A stretch of 64,000 bases of DNA from Octopus sinensis (Eukaryota). Under the pieces are notes generated by a model that did not search any database, was not told where the DNA came from, and saw only the letters and a program-made list of their open reading frames with translations. The DNA lies in assembly GCF_006345805.1 (NCBI RefSeq), contig NC_042998.1:53134001-53198000 (forward strand). The letters run 5' to 3'. Below, in pieces: positions 52,305 to 64,000 of this stretch (positions are counted from its first letter, which is position 1; each line of letters starts with the position of its first letter). A program made the position numbers and the translations under genes.

Positions 52305-52464
52305 ATGTCTTCTTTCAGTTTCTGTCAATCGTATCTACTCACAAGGCTTTGGTTGGCTTGTAGCTATAGTAGAAGACACTTGACTAAGGTGCCACACAGT
52401 GGAACTGAACCCAGAACCATGTGGTTGGGAAGCAAACTTCTTACCACACCCCCAATCCTGCACC

Positions 52465-52509
<45 letters not shown>

Positions 52510-52680
52510 GTACATACATGATAGTCTTCTTTCAGTTTCTGTCCCCCAAATCCTTTCACAAGGCTTTGGTTGATCTGGGGCTATAGTAGAAGACACTTGC
52601 CTATGGTGCTATGCCCTGGGACTGAACCTAGAACCATGGGGTGGGGAATCAAACTTCTTACCATATAGCCATGCCTGCAT
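52305..52680 (-). mobile_element. SINE family A 5' halves (two)
   Basis: tctttcagtttctgtc...cacaaggctttggttg...gaaccatgtggttggga. Confidence 0.75.
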
Positions 52681-54675
52681 CTATGTCATCTTACTTTTTT
52701 TTTCTTTTTTTCCTGCTGGTGTACAAACAACGTCCTTTTAGCATGGTAGAATGTGATTTGAGAGAAATACAATTGCTATTTCTAGAATCTCTAGCAAAAA
52801 TACTATTCTGAGTGATTCATGGCTCTTAACCTAAGTATATTGATGTGATGGGACAAAGTACTGAAGGCTGATCTCTAAAAATAAGCAATCATATTATTGA
52901 ATTCGCAAAGCTGCAGAATATTGCATGATTAATTAAAAATTATGTGAATAAATAAGCATTACATTTGACAGAGTAATCTGAATGCTAAATGGTTAAGGTA
53001 TATAAATGGTTAAAGACACTATATACTTTTCACTGAGAACTGTGTTTTTATCAAGGTGAAGTAAAGAACATATATGAATCTTACATGATGTTTCTATAGT
53101 TTGTGGTTATCAGAAAGACTTAAAGAGTTAAGCTATGAATGGAAAATGAGTTGGCCAACAAGAGAAATTCACTTTGTTAGAATTTCAGTTGCCACTGATA
53201 TACAGTACTATTATAATTTTATTTAACTCAATGTCTTTTCAATAATAGAATTTAGAAGTACCCTGTATTATACAGAATATCCACTGCTATATATTTCTAT
53301 AGAAATTCTTTAACTGAAACAAATGTTTAGGACTTAGAAATCACATCAATTGTAGATATCATCTAAAGTGGTTGACCCATGACAGGAAAATAAAATTTCA
53401 GAAGGCATTTTGAAAAAGTCTTCTTTCTTCCTGGACACCTGCTAAGCACCATTTTCAGCTTTCAGCAAACAAAGAGATTGATGTATAAAGACGCAGAAGC
53501 TATGGGTTAACGTTGACTGTTGAACTAAGCAAAATCAGTTCACTCAAGTGAAAATGCCTACAGGAATCTAATTCAACAAAACAATAGATTTCCTCTAAGA
53601 AGAATGGAAGTAAAATTTCTGAAACATTAAACACCAGCTTATTCCTTTGTAATAAAAGCAATGCGGAATTCACCATTATAAGAGCCATAACCTAATCGGA
53701 AATAAGCTTTGCAATATATTAAGTGTTTTCTTTTTACCTGATATACTTTAGTTATTATTATCATCATCATTATTATTATTATTATTATCATTATTAGTCT
53801 TGTAGTTTGGGTATGTGGTTTGATCTGAGGAGAATATCAGAGGACAAATTTCACAGGCAAGGCTATCTAGTAGAAGACCCAGAGGAAGTCAATGAATGAA
53901 ATGGTTAGATAATACGAATAACCTGTGTTGGCCAAATCATTTCTTGATGGTTGCTATAGACAAAACCTTAAAAATATATGTCTGATATTGGTCCCATGAC
54001 CTTCAAAGGAACAAGAGAACAATGAAGATGGCTGAATGGAATATTTTGTAAGCAAACAACTTTAAAATATGCAACATCTAGACTAATACAGTAGATAAAA
54101 GGTCTGTTCATTTAGACATTATTTTATCATAACCATCATGTCCTTATCAATTTTCACTATGCTATTCTTACATAGGTCAGACAGAATTCACAGTCGTAGA
54201 TTTTCTATGGTTGGATGCTCATCCTGTCACCAACCCTCACCTGTTTCCAAACAAAATAATATTTCTCTGTGACCAGAAATATTAATATACGTTAGTGGAA
54301 ATGAATGATACTAACTGTATGACAGTAACACTTACCACTATTGTAAGATGTCGGGGTGGATGGACAGACAGACAGACAAACATCAATATATATCAGTATG
54401 TGTTCGTATGTTTATGTATATATATGTTATATATATATATATATATATATATCCGTTTATGGATTTGTTTTGCAAGATTCCTGGTGTGAAATTGTGTGTT
54501 GAAACAGCTGTTGTATTTTAGACAGTTTTTTTTTTTTTGCCAAATAGAGTGTGTTTATTTGGCATGAAAAAAGACGACCATCCCAAAATATAAAAATATA
54601 CATATTTATATATACATAGTTCATAATTGTTTATATATATATATGCATATTTGTTTACGTGTGTGTATACATACA

Positions 54676-54874
54676 CAGGATGTCCATAAATTATCTTTAC
54701 GATTTGAAAAAAATTCAGAAAATAATGAACAGTAAGGATAACTAAGCAGAGTTTATTGAAAATAGAAAGTTTTATTAGAAATATCTGAACACTTCCACGT
54801 GGGCTCCATTGGTTGCATGCAACACATCTTAATGATACCCGGTTTCTACCTAAAGACAATTTATGGACAACTTG
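54676..54874. mobile_element. Tc1/mariner-type MITE
   Basis: TIRs caggatgtccataaattatcttt / aaagacaatttatggacaacttg, followed by TA. Confidence 0.8.
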
Positions 54875-55026
54875 TATGTATGTATGTATTATATATATAT
54901 AAGTCATGTAGGTTTAACTACCACTTTTCTTAATTAATTAAATTAATGGCTTACTAGCGCAAACGACCAACTTCTTCCTGTTATTTTTCCTCCATTTCTC
55001 CTTGCATATATATATATATATATATA

Positions 55027-55073
<47 letters not shown>

Positions 55074-55547
55074 AACATAACACACACACACACATATAAA
55101 CATTCACACTCACTCACACATATATAGATTAATGTTTGTCTTTGTGTCAAATAATATATAAAATCAACTTGACATGAAACAGAAGAATCACTCAATACTT
55201 TCTAGTAGAATACTCAATATTTTTTTTACAAGAAGGGTGATAACTGGACTGAATCCAAGAGCCAGTAGTTGGGAAGAAAACATCTTACTATACAGCCACG
55301 CATGCATGCATGCATGCACACACGCATGCATACACACCACACACACACACACACACACGCAGCTTTTACTTCCTTCAATCATTAGACTGCAGCCATGCTG
55401 AGGCACCAGCTTGAAGAATTTTTAGTCAGATGAATCAACCCCAGTATTAGCACTTTTCTATCAGTCTCGTTTGCTGAACCACAATGTTACAGTGATGTAA
55501 ACACACCAACACCAGTTGTCAAGTGGTGGTGGGAGGCAAACACACAT

Positions 55548-55606
<59 letters not shown>

Positions 55607-55849
55607 TAATAAAAATACTAATATATATATATATATATACACATACAACGAGCATCTTTCAGTTTCCATAAACTAAATAGACTTATAAGGCTTTGGTTGG
55701 CCTGGGGTTATAGTTGAAGACATTTGCCCAAGGTGCTACACAGTAGGACAGAACCATGAACTATGCGATTGGAAACCAAACTTCTTGTCACACAGTCATA
55801 CTTGCTACTACATATATGCATATAAATAAATAAATGTATATATGTATAT

Positions 55850-55995
55850 AGTTGGCGTTAGGAAGGGCATCCAGCCGTAGAAACACTGCCAGATCTGACT
55901 GGGCCTGATGAAGCCTTCCGGTTTCACAGACCCCAGTTGAACCGTCCAACCCATGCTACCATGGAAAACAGACGCTAAATGATGATGATGATGAT
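55850..55995 (+). mobile_element. RTE LINE 3' tip
   Basis: Near-identical to 50860-51002. Confidence 0.85.
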
Positions 55996-56001
55996 GTATG
56001 A

Positions 56002-56036
<35 letters not shown>

Positions 56037-56406
56037 AGATAGAAGTGGAAATAGCACACTCCCTTGGCAGGAACCCACAAAGATTTCTTTTAGACAATAG
56101 ATAACTCTTACTCTCTAACACTTTGAATTCTATACCAAACTATATTTAAAGAAAACTTCAACGAAAAACCTCCAGACATGTTTTTGACCCCCGGACAGAA
56201 GATAAACGGTTTTTAGTTCAAATTTTTATAAATTTTTACTGATATTTGATAAGATAGGATTCATCCTCGAAGCCGGTAATATTTTCATTATATAATTTTC
56301 AAAATCATTTTATCAGATTCCTTCTTAATTTGAAATGTCTTAAATTTGCTTCTGTGCTATTTTATAAATAAAACTTTGATTTGAATAGATCTCTAATCTT
56401 TTTTCA

Positions 56407-56444
<38 letters not shown>

Positions 56445-56974
56445 CAGTGGTATACTGGGATTGATTCAACTTCCAGCTACAATTGAGTGTCACTTTGTGC
56501 CAATATCAGAAATCAGTCTTTCTTTTGTCTGATCTGATTATTTCAGAGTTCTTTCTTTGCCAACATCTTTCTACAAAATATTTACTTACTAATTGAAACT
56601 AAACATTTACTACAATCATTTGTAAACCTTCCAAGTCTCCTGTCTCAGAGGGTTGTAACAGTCTATCGGAGAGAAAGAAAGACAGAGAAAGAGAGAAAGG
56701 AGGGTTATGCATGTATGTATATCAAAATATTTACATATAATGGAGTATAAATACATGCCAAAAACAAGCAAGTATAACATTATTGCAATAATTTACATAG
56801 GAAATTTTTTTCTGGCACGAACATTTGCATTTTGAATTTTTTAAAAAATTTATATAAAGTAGTATCTGTTGTTGTATAATTCTTAGTTACCCTTGATCGT
56901 GCAGAACAACAATCAAAGGCATCAAGCCATCTTGCTATGAACAGGGAAACCAGGACCAGATTCAACATATCAGT

Positions 56975-57205
56975 TTCTTATTTCTTTATTGCCACAAGGG
57001 GCTAAACATACAGGGGACAAACAAGAACAAAGGGATTAAGTCGATTACATCGACCCCAGTGCGTAACTGGTACTTAATTTATCGACCTTGAAAGGATGAA
57101 AGGCAAAGTTGACCTCAGTGGAATTTGAACAGAATGTAACGGCAGACGAAATACTGCAAAGCATTTCACCCGGCATGCTAACGTTTCTGCCAGCTTGCCA
57201 CCTTT
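56975..57205 (-). mobile_element. Full-length SINE family B
   Basis: Head (minus) ggtggcaagctggcagaaacgttagcatgccggg, body gaggtcaactttgcctttcatcctttc, tail ...tgtggcaataaagaaa. Confidence 0.85.
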
Positions 57206-57292
57206 CAACATATCATTTTCTTTTAAGACAATAGGGTATGATTTGAAAGAGAACAGGTTCTTATTTCTAGCAAATTAAATGACTATTTAGAG

Positions 57293-57549
57293 CAATGGTT
57301 CTGAAATGGGGTCCATATGGCCTTTCATGGTGTACATAAGATTTAGTTTATCGAAATTTATGTACAATAAATTTGATTTATTTCAAATGTACACAAAATA
57401 TTTTAACAAATTTTTCATATGATTCCTAATGATATTGGATTATAACAATTTAATAATTTTTTTTAAAAACACTGAATATGTATGAGGGTTCAACTGAGTA
57501 AAACAGGAATCAAAGGAGATGATGCATAAAAAATAGTTGAGAAACGCTG
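57293..57549. mobile_element. hAT (Charlie-type) MITE
   Basis: caatggttctgaaa / gttgagaaacgctg. 8-bp TSD atttagag / atatagag. Related to 46791-47312. Confidence 0.75.
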
Positions 57550-57828
57550 ATATAGAGGTTCCTGTTTGGCAGAATTGATAGAATACCAGACCAATATATA
57601 TTCTAGTATTTGGTTATGTTCTTCAAATTATGCCTACCAAATCTGTTCAAAAGACTTTGATCAGTTTTCATGGAAGTTTGGAAATGAAGGACACCACTAA
57701 TATGACAGGGACATTCATTTACAGCTACTACACAAAGTCAAAGCAAGGAGGCAGTTACCCACATAAACACATGCATATATATATATTTACAGACAGACAG
57801 ACACACACAGACACACACACACACACAA

Positions 57829-58045
57829 TGGGGTGCTGAAAAATTCCTGGATTTGGGTAAAAGAAAATACAGGAGGGATCAGTTAATTATGATTTTATGC
57901 AACATATTTCCCTCTCAGATTCACACATTTATTGCAGTGGTCCTTCAGTTTTTCTAAGCCCTATAAAAAAAATCTCCGAAGTTTGGGCTTCCAGCCAGAC
58001 CTTTCATGATACCCTTAAAGCCAGAAACTCTTCAGCACCCTCCTC
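57829..58045. mobile_element. mariner-type MITE
   Basis: TIRs gggtgctgaaaaattcctgg / ccagaaactcttcagcaccc. Confidence 0.7.
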
Positions 58046-58263
58046 ATACATATGGGTGTGTGTGTGCACAAAAAAGGCTTCTTTCAATTTCCATCTACCA
58101 AATCCACTCACCAGGTTTTGATTGACCTTTCTTACTACACAGTCATTCTGGCACCTATGTATTTAAATAACTAAGAAGTATTTCTGTATAATATGTGAAT
58201 AAATACTTGCAAAAAATTGCTGTGCATGTATAAATTAGTTCCTGTATATGTGTGTGTGTGTGC

Positions 58264-58297
<34 letters not shown>

Positions 58298-58601
58298 CTT
58301 TAGCAATTAAGGACAACTCTATATATAAATATATATAGCTTTATATATCAAATTATTTACATATGCGTTATTGAGTTACTGTATGCATATATGCATGAGC
58401 TGGTTAGCCTATGTGTGACTGTGTGTCCAACAAGCAGCTGGAGGTGCCCGCTGTTGTATGCACTAGTTGCGTTAGTCACATGGTGGCTACTAGTACTATG
58501 TATTGATCATGTGGTTTTGAAGACTATTAATAAACTTGCGTGCAGTTGTAGTTTTCCATATATGTACATGTGTTCCACTCAATACTACAGACAAATATAT
58601 T

Positions 58602-58639
<38 letters not shown>

Positions 58640-58650
<11 letters not shown>

Positions 58651-58921
58651 TATATATAATATATATATATATAAGAGTGTAAATGTGTGTGATTAACTGG
58701 ACATATGTTTTCCTGTATCTATACATCATTGTAGAACTCTGTATTTGCGTAAGTATATATATAGTAAATTGATACACACACACACATAAACACATATTTA
58801 AACTGGAGATCTGATTGCTATTTGAGTTTCACGTGCTACAATCTTTCTGATATATATATCACACATATCATTATCATCATTATTTAACATCCATTTTCCA
58901 TGCTGGCATGGATTGGACCAT

Positions 58922-58952
<31 letters not shown>

Positions 58953-60161
58953 TACATACATACATATATATATATGTAATACATATTCCCACACATATAT
59001 ATAATATTATCATCCTCATCATCATCATCATTTAACGTCTCTACATATTAGTGTGCAAGCATGTGTATGCATTTATTCACATTATTATTGATATCAGTGT
59101 GGGTCTAAGTATTTCTGAGTATATTATGAGTTTCTATATTTGGTTATATAGTTTGATATGTAAATGATGGATGTTTGTGTATGCATGTGTATTCATTTTC
59201 CTTTAGTCTTTTGTTTGTCAGAGAGGGTGAATGTAAATGTGTGAATGAACATTGTGTGTATGTGTGTGTGTTTGCAAGTGTTTCCATATATATATATCTA
59301 TAAATATGTGTGTGTGTGTGTGTTTGTGTAGCTGTGTAGATATGTTTCCTCTGCCATCAGTGAAGTTGGCTGATAAAATATTGATTGCAGCATTCATTTA
59401 GAGTATTGGGTGACAGTAGATTGGTTGAGCTAGCCGGTTGGTTGTATATTGAAACAGTTGGTCTGGGCAAATTGGCTTTTCATTTTCAGCTGATAGTGTC
59501 TATTGGCTGGTGCTATGTCGGACGGGCAGTGAAGCTATTTGTATATTTTATCCAATAATTCACATTCATTGAAGTGTAGCCTACTTAAGAACTAGTTGAC
59601 TCATAGTCTATTTCTCCAAGCATGTAGCCTTTATTTTTTTTTTCAAATTTTAATGCACAGATTAGAGCAATAATAGACAAACCTGCACTAGTATTCATAT
59701 CTAAATGAAAGCAGCACCATCAAAGTTATTGAAATTACTGTTGGGATAACAGATGATGATACTGGTGGTGGTGGTGGTAGTGACCATGATGGTGGAAGGA
59801 ACTAACCTGTTTTATTATTAGTTTGTTTTGTATATTTTACTGTTTTGGTGGTGGGGTTATTTCTTTAAAATCATTTTATAATTATAATTAATTACTTTGC
59901 ACGGTGTTTTTTTGGTAATTTTTTTTTTAACTCTTTACAGTTTTTTGGCTATGGTGATGCAAGGAGTACCATCTTCAAAGGTTTTGGAGGCTTATGTAGA
60001 TGATATCAGCCCAGATCAGATGTTTTATCTAGAACTTATTAATATTGCTATAGATGAAGAGGCACTAAGTGGTCTTGGTGTAAATGGAGGTTACCAAGTG
60101 TGTGTGTGAATGTATATATATATATATATATATAAATATGTATATATACATACACAAACAT

Positions 60162-60199
<38 letters not shown>

Positions 60200-62178
60200 G
60201 TATGTATATATGTCACAATATATGGATTCAGGTAATCTGGTAGTACTGATAAAAAAATTTCTTTATGTATCATTCTATAAAACACATAGAATATATAATA
60301 TCATACAAGGATTTCTTTCACCTGAGGACATAGCTTAAATACTGCATTGTTTTGAAGGACATTTTTGCATTTTGCATTAATGCAGGCATGTAAATAACCT
60401 ATCTATTATTAAATATAATACTATATAGATTATTTATATGTTTTTAAGTTACAGAACAATTTGTTGTGTAATTAGAATTTTCTCATTGTTAAATAAAATT
60501 TCATCAAACTATTTCTCTGTCAGTTGTGACTTTATATATATGTATGTATGTATATATATATACACAAAAATTATTTATCATGGAAAAATAGCTAGGCATG
60601 CAGTGCATGCATTGCATACGTAGACCCTTCCCCCGGATATATATATATATATATATATAAATATATATATATAAGAGTGTAAATGTGTGTGATTAACTGG
60701 ACATATGTTTTCCTGTATCTATACATCATTGTAGAACTCTGTATTTGCGTAAGTATATATATAGTAAATTGATACACACACACACATAAACACATATTTA
60801 AACTGGAGATCTGATTGCTATTTGAGTTTCACGTGCTACAATCTTTCTGATATATATATCACACATATCATTATCATCATTATTTAACATCCATTTTCCA
60901 TGCTGGCATGGATTGGACCATACACACACACACACACACACCACACACACACACACACATACATACATACATACATATATATATATGTAATACATATTCC
61001 CACACATATATATAATATTATCATCCTCATCATCATCATCATTTAACGTCTCTACATATTAGTGTGCAAGCATGTGTATGCATTTATTCACATTATTATT
61101 GATATCAGTGTGGGTCTAAGTATTTCTGAGTATATTATGAGTTTCTATATTTGGTTATATAGTTTGATATGTAAATGATGGATGTTTGTGTATGCATGTG
61201 TATTCATTTTCCTTTAGTCTTTTGTTTGTCAGAGAGGGTGAATGTAAATGTGTGAATGAACATTGTGTGTGTGTGTGTGTGTGTGTGTTTGCAAGTGTTT
61301 CCATATATATATATCTATAAATATGTGTGTGTGTGTGTGTTTGTGTAGCTGTGTAGATATGTTTCCTCTGCCATCAGTGAAGTTGGCTGATAAAATATTG
61401 ATTGCAGCATTCATTTAGAGTATTGGGTGACAGTAGATGGTTGAGCTAGCCGGTTGGTTGTATATTGAAACAGTTGGTCTGGGCAAATTGGCTTTTCATT
61501 TTCAGCTGATAGTGTCTATTGGCTGGTGCTATGTCGGACGGGCAGTGAAGCTATTTGTATATTTTATCCAATAATTCACATTCATTGAAGTGTAGCCTAC
61601 TTAAGAACTAGTTGACTCATAGTCTATTTCTCCAAGCATGTAGCCTTTATTTTTTTTTTCAAATTTTAATGCACAGATTAGAGCAATAATAGACAAACCT
61701 GCACTAGTATTCATATCTAAATGAAAGCAGCACCATCAAAGTTATTGAAATTACTGTTGGGATAACAGATGATGATACTGGTGGTGGTGGTGGTAGTGAC
61801 TATGATGGTGGAAGGAACTAACCTGTTTTATTATTAGTTTGTTTTGTATATTTTACTGTTTTGGTGGTGGGGTTATTTCTTTAAAATCATTTTATAATTA
61901 TAATTAATTACTTTGCATGGTGTTTTTTTGGTAATTTTTTTTTTAACTCTTTACAGTTTTTTGGCTATGGTGATGCAAGGAGTACCATCTTCAAAGGTTT
62001 TGGAGGCTTATGTAGATGATATCAGCCCAGATCAGATGTTTTATCTAGAACTTATTAATATTGCTATAGATGAAGAGGCACTAAGTGGTCTTGGTGTAAA
62101 TGGAGGTTACCAAGTGTGTGTGTGAATGTATATTATATATATATATATATAAATATGTATACATACATACACAAACAT

Positions 62179-62212
<34 letters not shown>

Positions 62213-62655
62213 GTATGTATATATGTCACAATATATGGATTCAGGTAATCTGGTAGTACTGATAAAAAAATTTCTTTATGTATCATTCTATAAAACACAT
62301 AGAATATATAATATCATACAAGGATTTCTTTCACCTGAGGACATAGCTTAAATACTGCATTGTTTTGAAGGACATTTTTGCATTTTGCATTAATGCAGGC
62401 ATGTAAATAACCTATCTATTATTAAATATAATACTATATAGATTATTTATATGTTTTTAAGTTACAGAACAATTTGTTGTGTAATTAGAATTTTCTCATT
62501 GTTAAATAAAATTTCATCAAACTATTTCTCTGTCAGTTGTGACTTTATATATATGTATGTATGTATATATATATACACAAAAATTATTTATCATGGAAAA
62601 ATAGCTAGGCATGCAGTGCATGCATTGCATACGTAGACCCTTCCCCCCGGATATA
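58640..62655. repeat. Near-identical ~2.0-kb tandem duplication
   Basis: 58671 equals 60671 (ataagagtgtaaatg), 59897 equals 61913, 60621 equals 62635. Junctions lie in (TA)n. Confidence 0.95.
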
Positions 62656-62829
62656 TATATATATATATATATATTATCTAATTTAGTTTGATTTGATGCT
62701 CTGAAAGTTAAAGTTTCATGAGCCTCTAACAGAAATCTGTCTCTTTGAGGCTTAGATTACTGAATGGAGAAAAACTGTTAGCTCAAGATGTGTGTGAATA
62801 TCTCTTTAGCAATATATATATAAGCAATA

Positions 62830-63068
62830 ATAAATCTCTGAACGAGATATAAACAGTAACCGCTCGACAACGTAAGGTGTACTAGCCATCTGAATGTGGC
62901 TAGCCACTGGGGGTGGGGTGTTACTGATGCTTTTAGCCCCAGGCGATCAACGTCACCAGATGGACTTTAGACACTATCTCAGTGCCCTTGTGTTATTTGC
63001 AAAGGGAGGTCATCCTCCCTGAAAGACCTAAGTACTACATACGGACTATAGTTTCAAGGTAATTGCCT
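62830..63068 (-). mobile_element. Truncated member of the 24.5-kb / 39-kb hammerhead-element group
   Basis: taaatctct start and tttagccccagg motif shared. Minus strand agg-caatta-cct-t-GAAAC-tata-GTC; the CUGANGA box is lost at a (TA)n junction. Confidence 0.55.
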
Positions 63069-63604
63069 ATATATATATATATATCCGGTGTGAAGGGTCT
63101 ATGTATGCAATGCATGCACTGCATGTCTAGCTATCTTTCCACGATAAATAATTTTAGTGTAATATATAATTGATTACTAATAATTTTCACTAGATTCAGT
63201 GTAGTGATATTTATTTTTATTTTGCATTCCTTCATTTCTTAGTATGAAGTGTTCAAGAAAAAGAAAGACAAAGGAAAGCAAAGTTTTTACTGCTTGCTTT
63301 CAGTCATAGAAAGAGCAGTGACCAAACAAGAGAAAGAGAGAGAAGGCAGATATTTTGCTGCTTGTCTTTCATCTGTGTTAAGCAGCAGACACATTGTCAA
63401 CTTTTTTTCTCTTGAAGTGCTGTTGTTTTTACTGTCCTGTGCAGCAGAGATCAAAAACTTGCCTATTCGGAAGACTTTTTCTGAGGCTTTCCTCATAGTC
63501 GGACAGATTTAGACAAGAAATATTTAGTCAATTTACAAGTTTCTTTTATTGCTTTCTGATATATTTTGTATGATTATTCAGTACCAAAGAGTACACATTC
63601 TATC

Positions 63605-63816
63605 TTTTACCTTCAACTTGTTTCAATCGGTAGATTGTGGCCATACTGGGGCACCACCTTAAATAATTTTTAGTCTAATGAATCTAACCCAGTACTTTTT
63701 TTAAAGCCTGGAGCGTATTCTTTTGGTTACTCATGCCGTTACAGGAACATAAATACACCAACACAAGTTGTCAAGCATTGGTGAAGCAAAAACACAAAGC
63801 ACACATACAAACACAT

Positions 63817-63830
<14 letters not shown>
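63605..63830 (-). mobile_element. SINE family A 3' half
   Basis: ttgtttcaatc...tgtggccatactggggcaccaccttaa. Confidence 0.7.
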
Positions 63831-63864
<34 letters not shown>

Positions 63865-64000
63865 GGTAGGTCAACAAATAAGACAGCTACAATCAAAACA
63901 AAATCAGTTTATTTATAACTGATAAAGCTAGATCCAAGCAGCACACCCTTCAGTTTCCTTTCACTTCATCAATGCTGGATTTTCCGTCATTTGTAACTGC

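Noticed and set aside
58300-58600. Possible solo LTR
   Set aside because: AATAAA is present but TG...CA termini and a TSD could not be identified.
59897-60109. Duplicated 70-aa ORF with YVDDI resembling an RT active site
   Set aside because: No flanking RT motifs and a non-ATG start. The duplication simply follows the 2-kb tandem repeat.
63233-63512. Overlapping ORFs on both strands after a good plus-strand acceptor
   Set aside because: No clear donor or recognisable domain, and the composition is purine-tract biased.

Overview
AT-rich, microsatellite-dense animal DNA. The repeat families look like those of octopus/coleoid genomes (inference from recognised repeat types; not verified by a search). 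I find no supportable host protein-coding gene: almost all ORFs in the track are (TA)n/(CA)n/(GATA)n artefacts. The window is a mosaic of at least four tRNA-headed SINE families, RTE-clade LINE pieces (one young 5'-truncated copy with a PHD finger and a 62-bp minisatellite 3'UTR), a Tx1/L1-clade LINE inserted twice into (GATA)n, a decayed maT-like Tc1/mariner, hAT/piggyBac/pogo/mariner MITEs, and a recent ~2-kb tandem duplication. The main signal is a set of non-coding fold-back or partial-tandem elements carrying minimal type-I hammerhead ribozymes. Five loci have intact or near-intact cores (~10.6, 11.1, 24.7, 30.2 and 39.2-39.8 kb) and several more are decayed. They are arranged with 3' ends facing outward, several next to TA-rich microsatellite, like Penelope pseudo-LTRs or retrozymes. 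One family has 361-nt tandem monomers with a variant CCGAYGA core. Coordinates were read by eye and may be off by a few bases.
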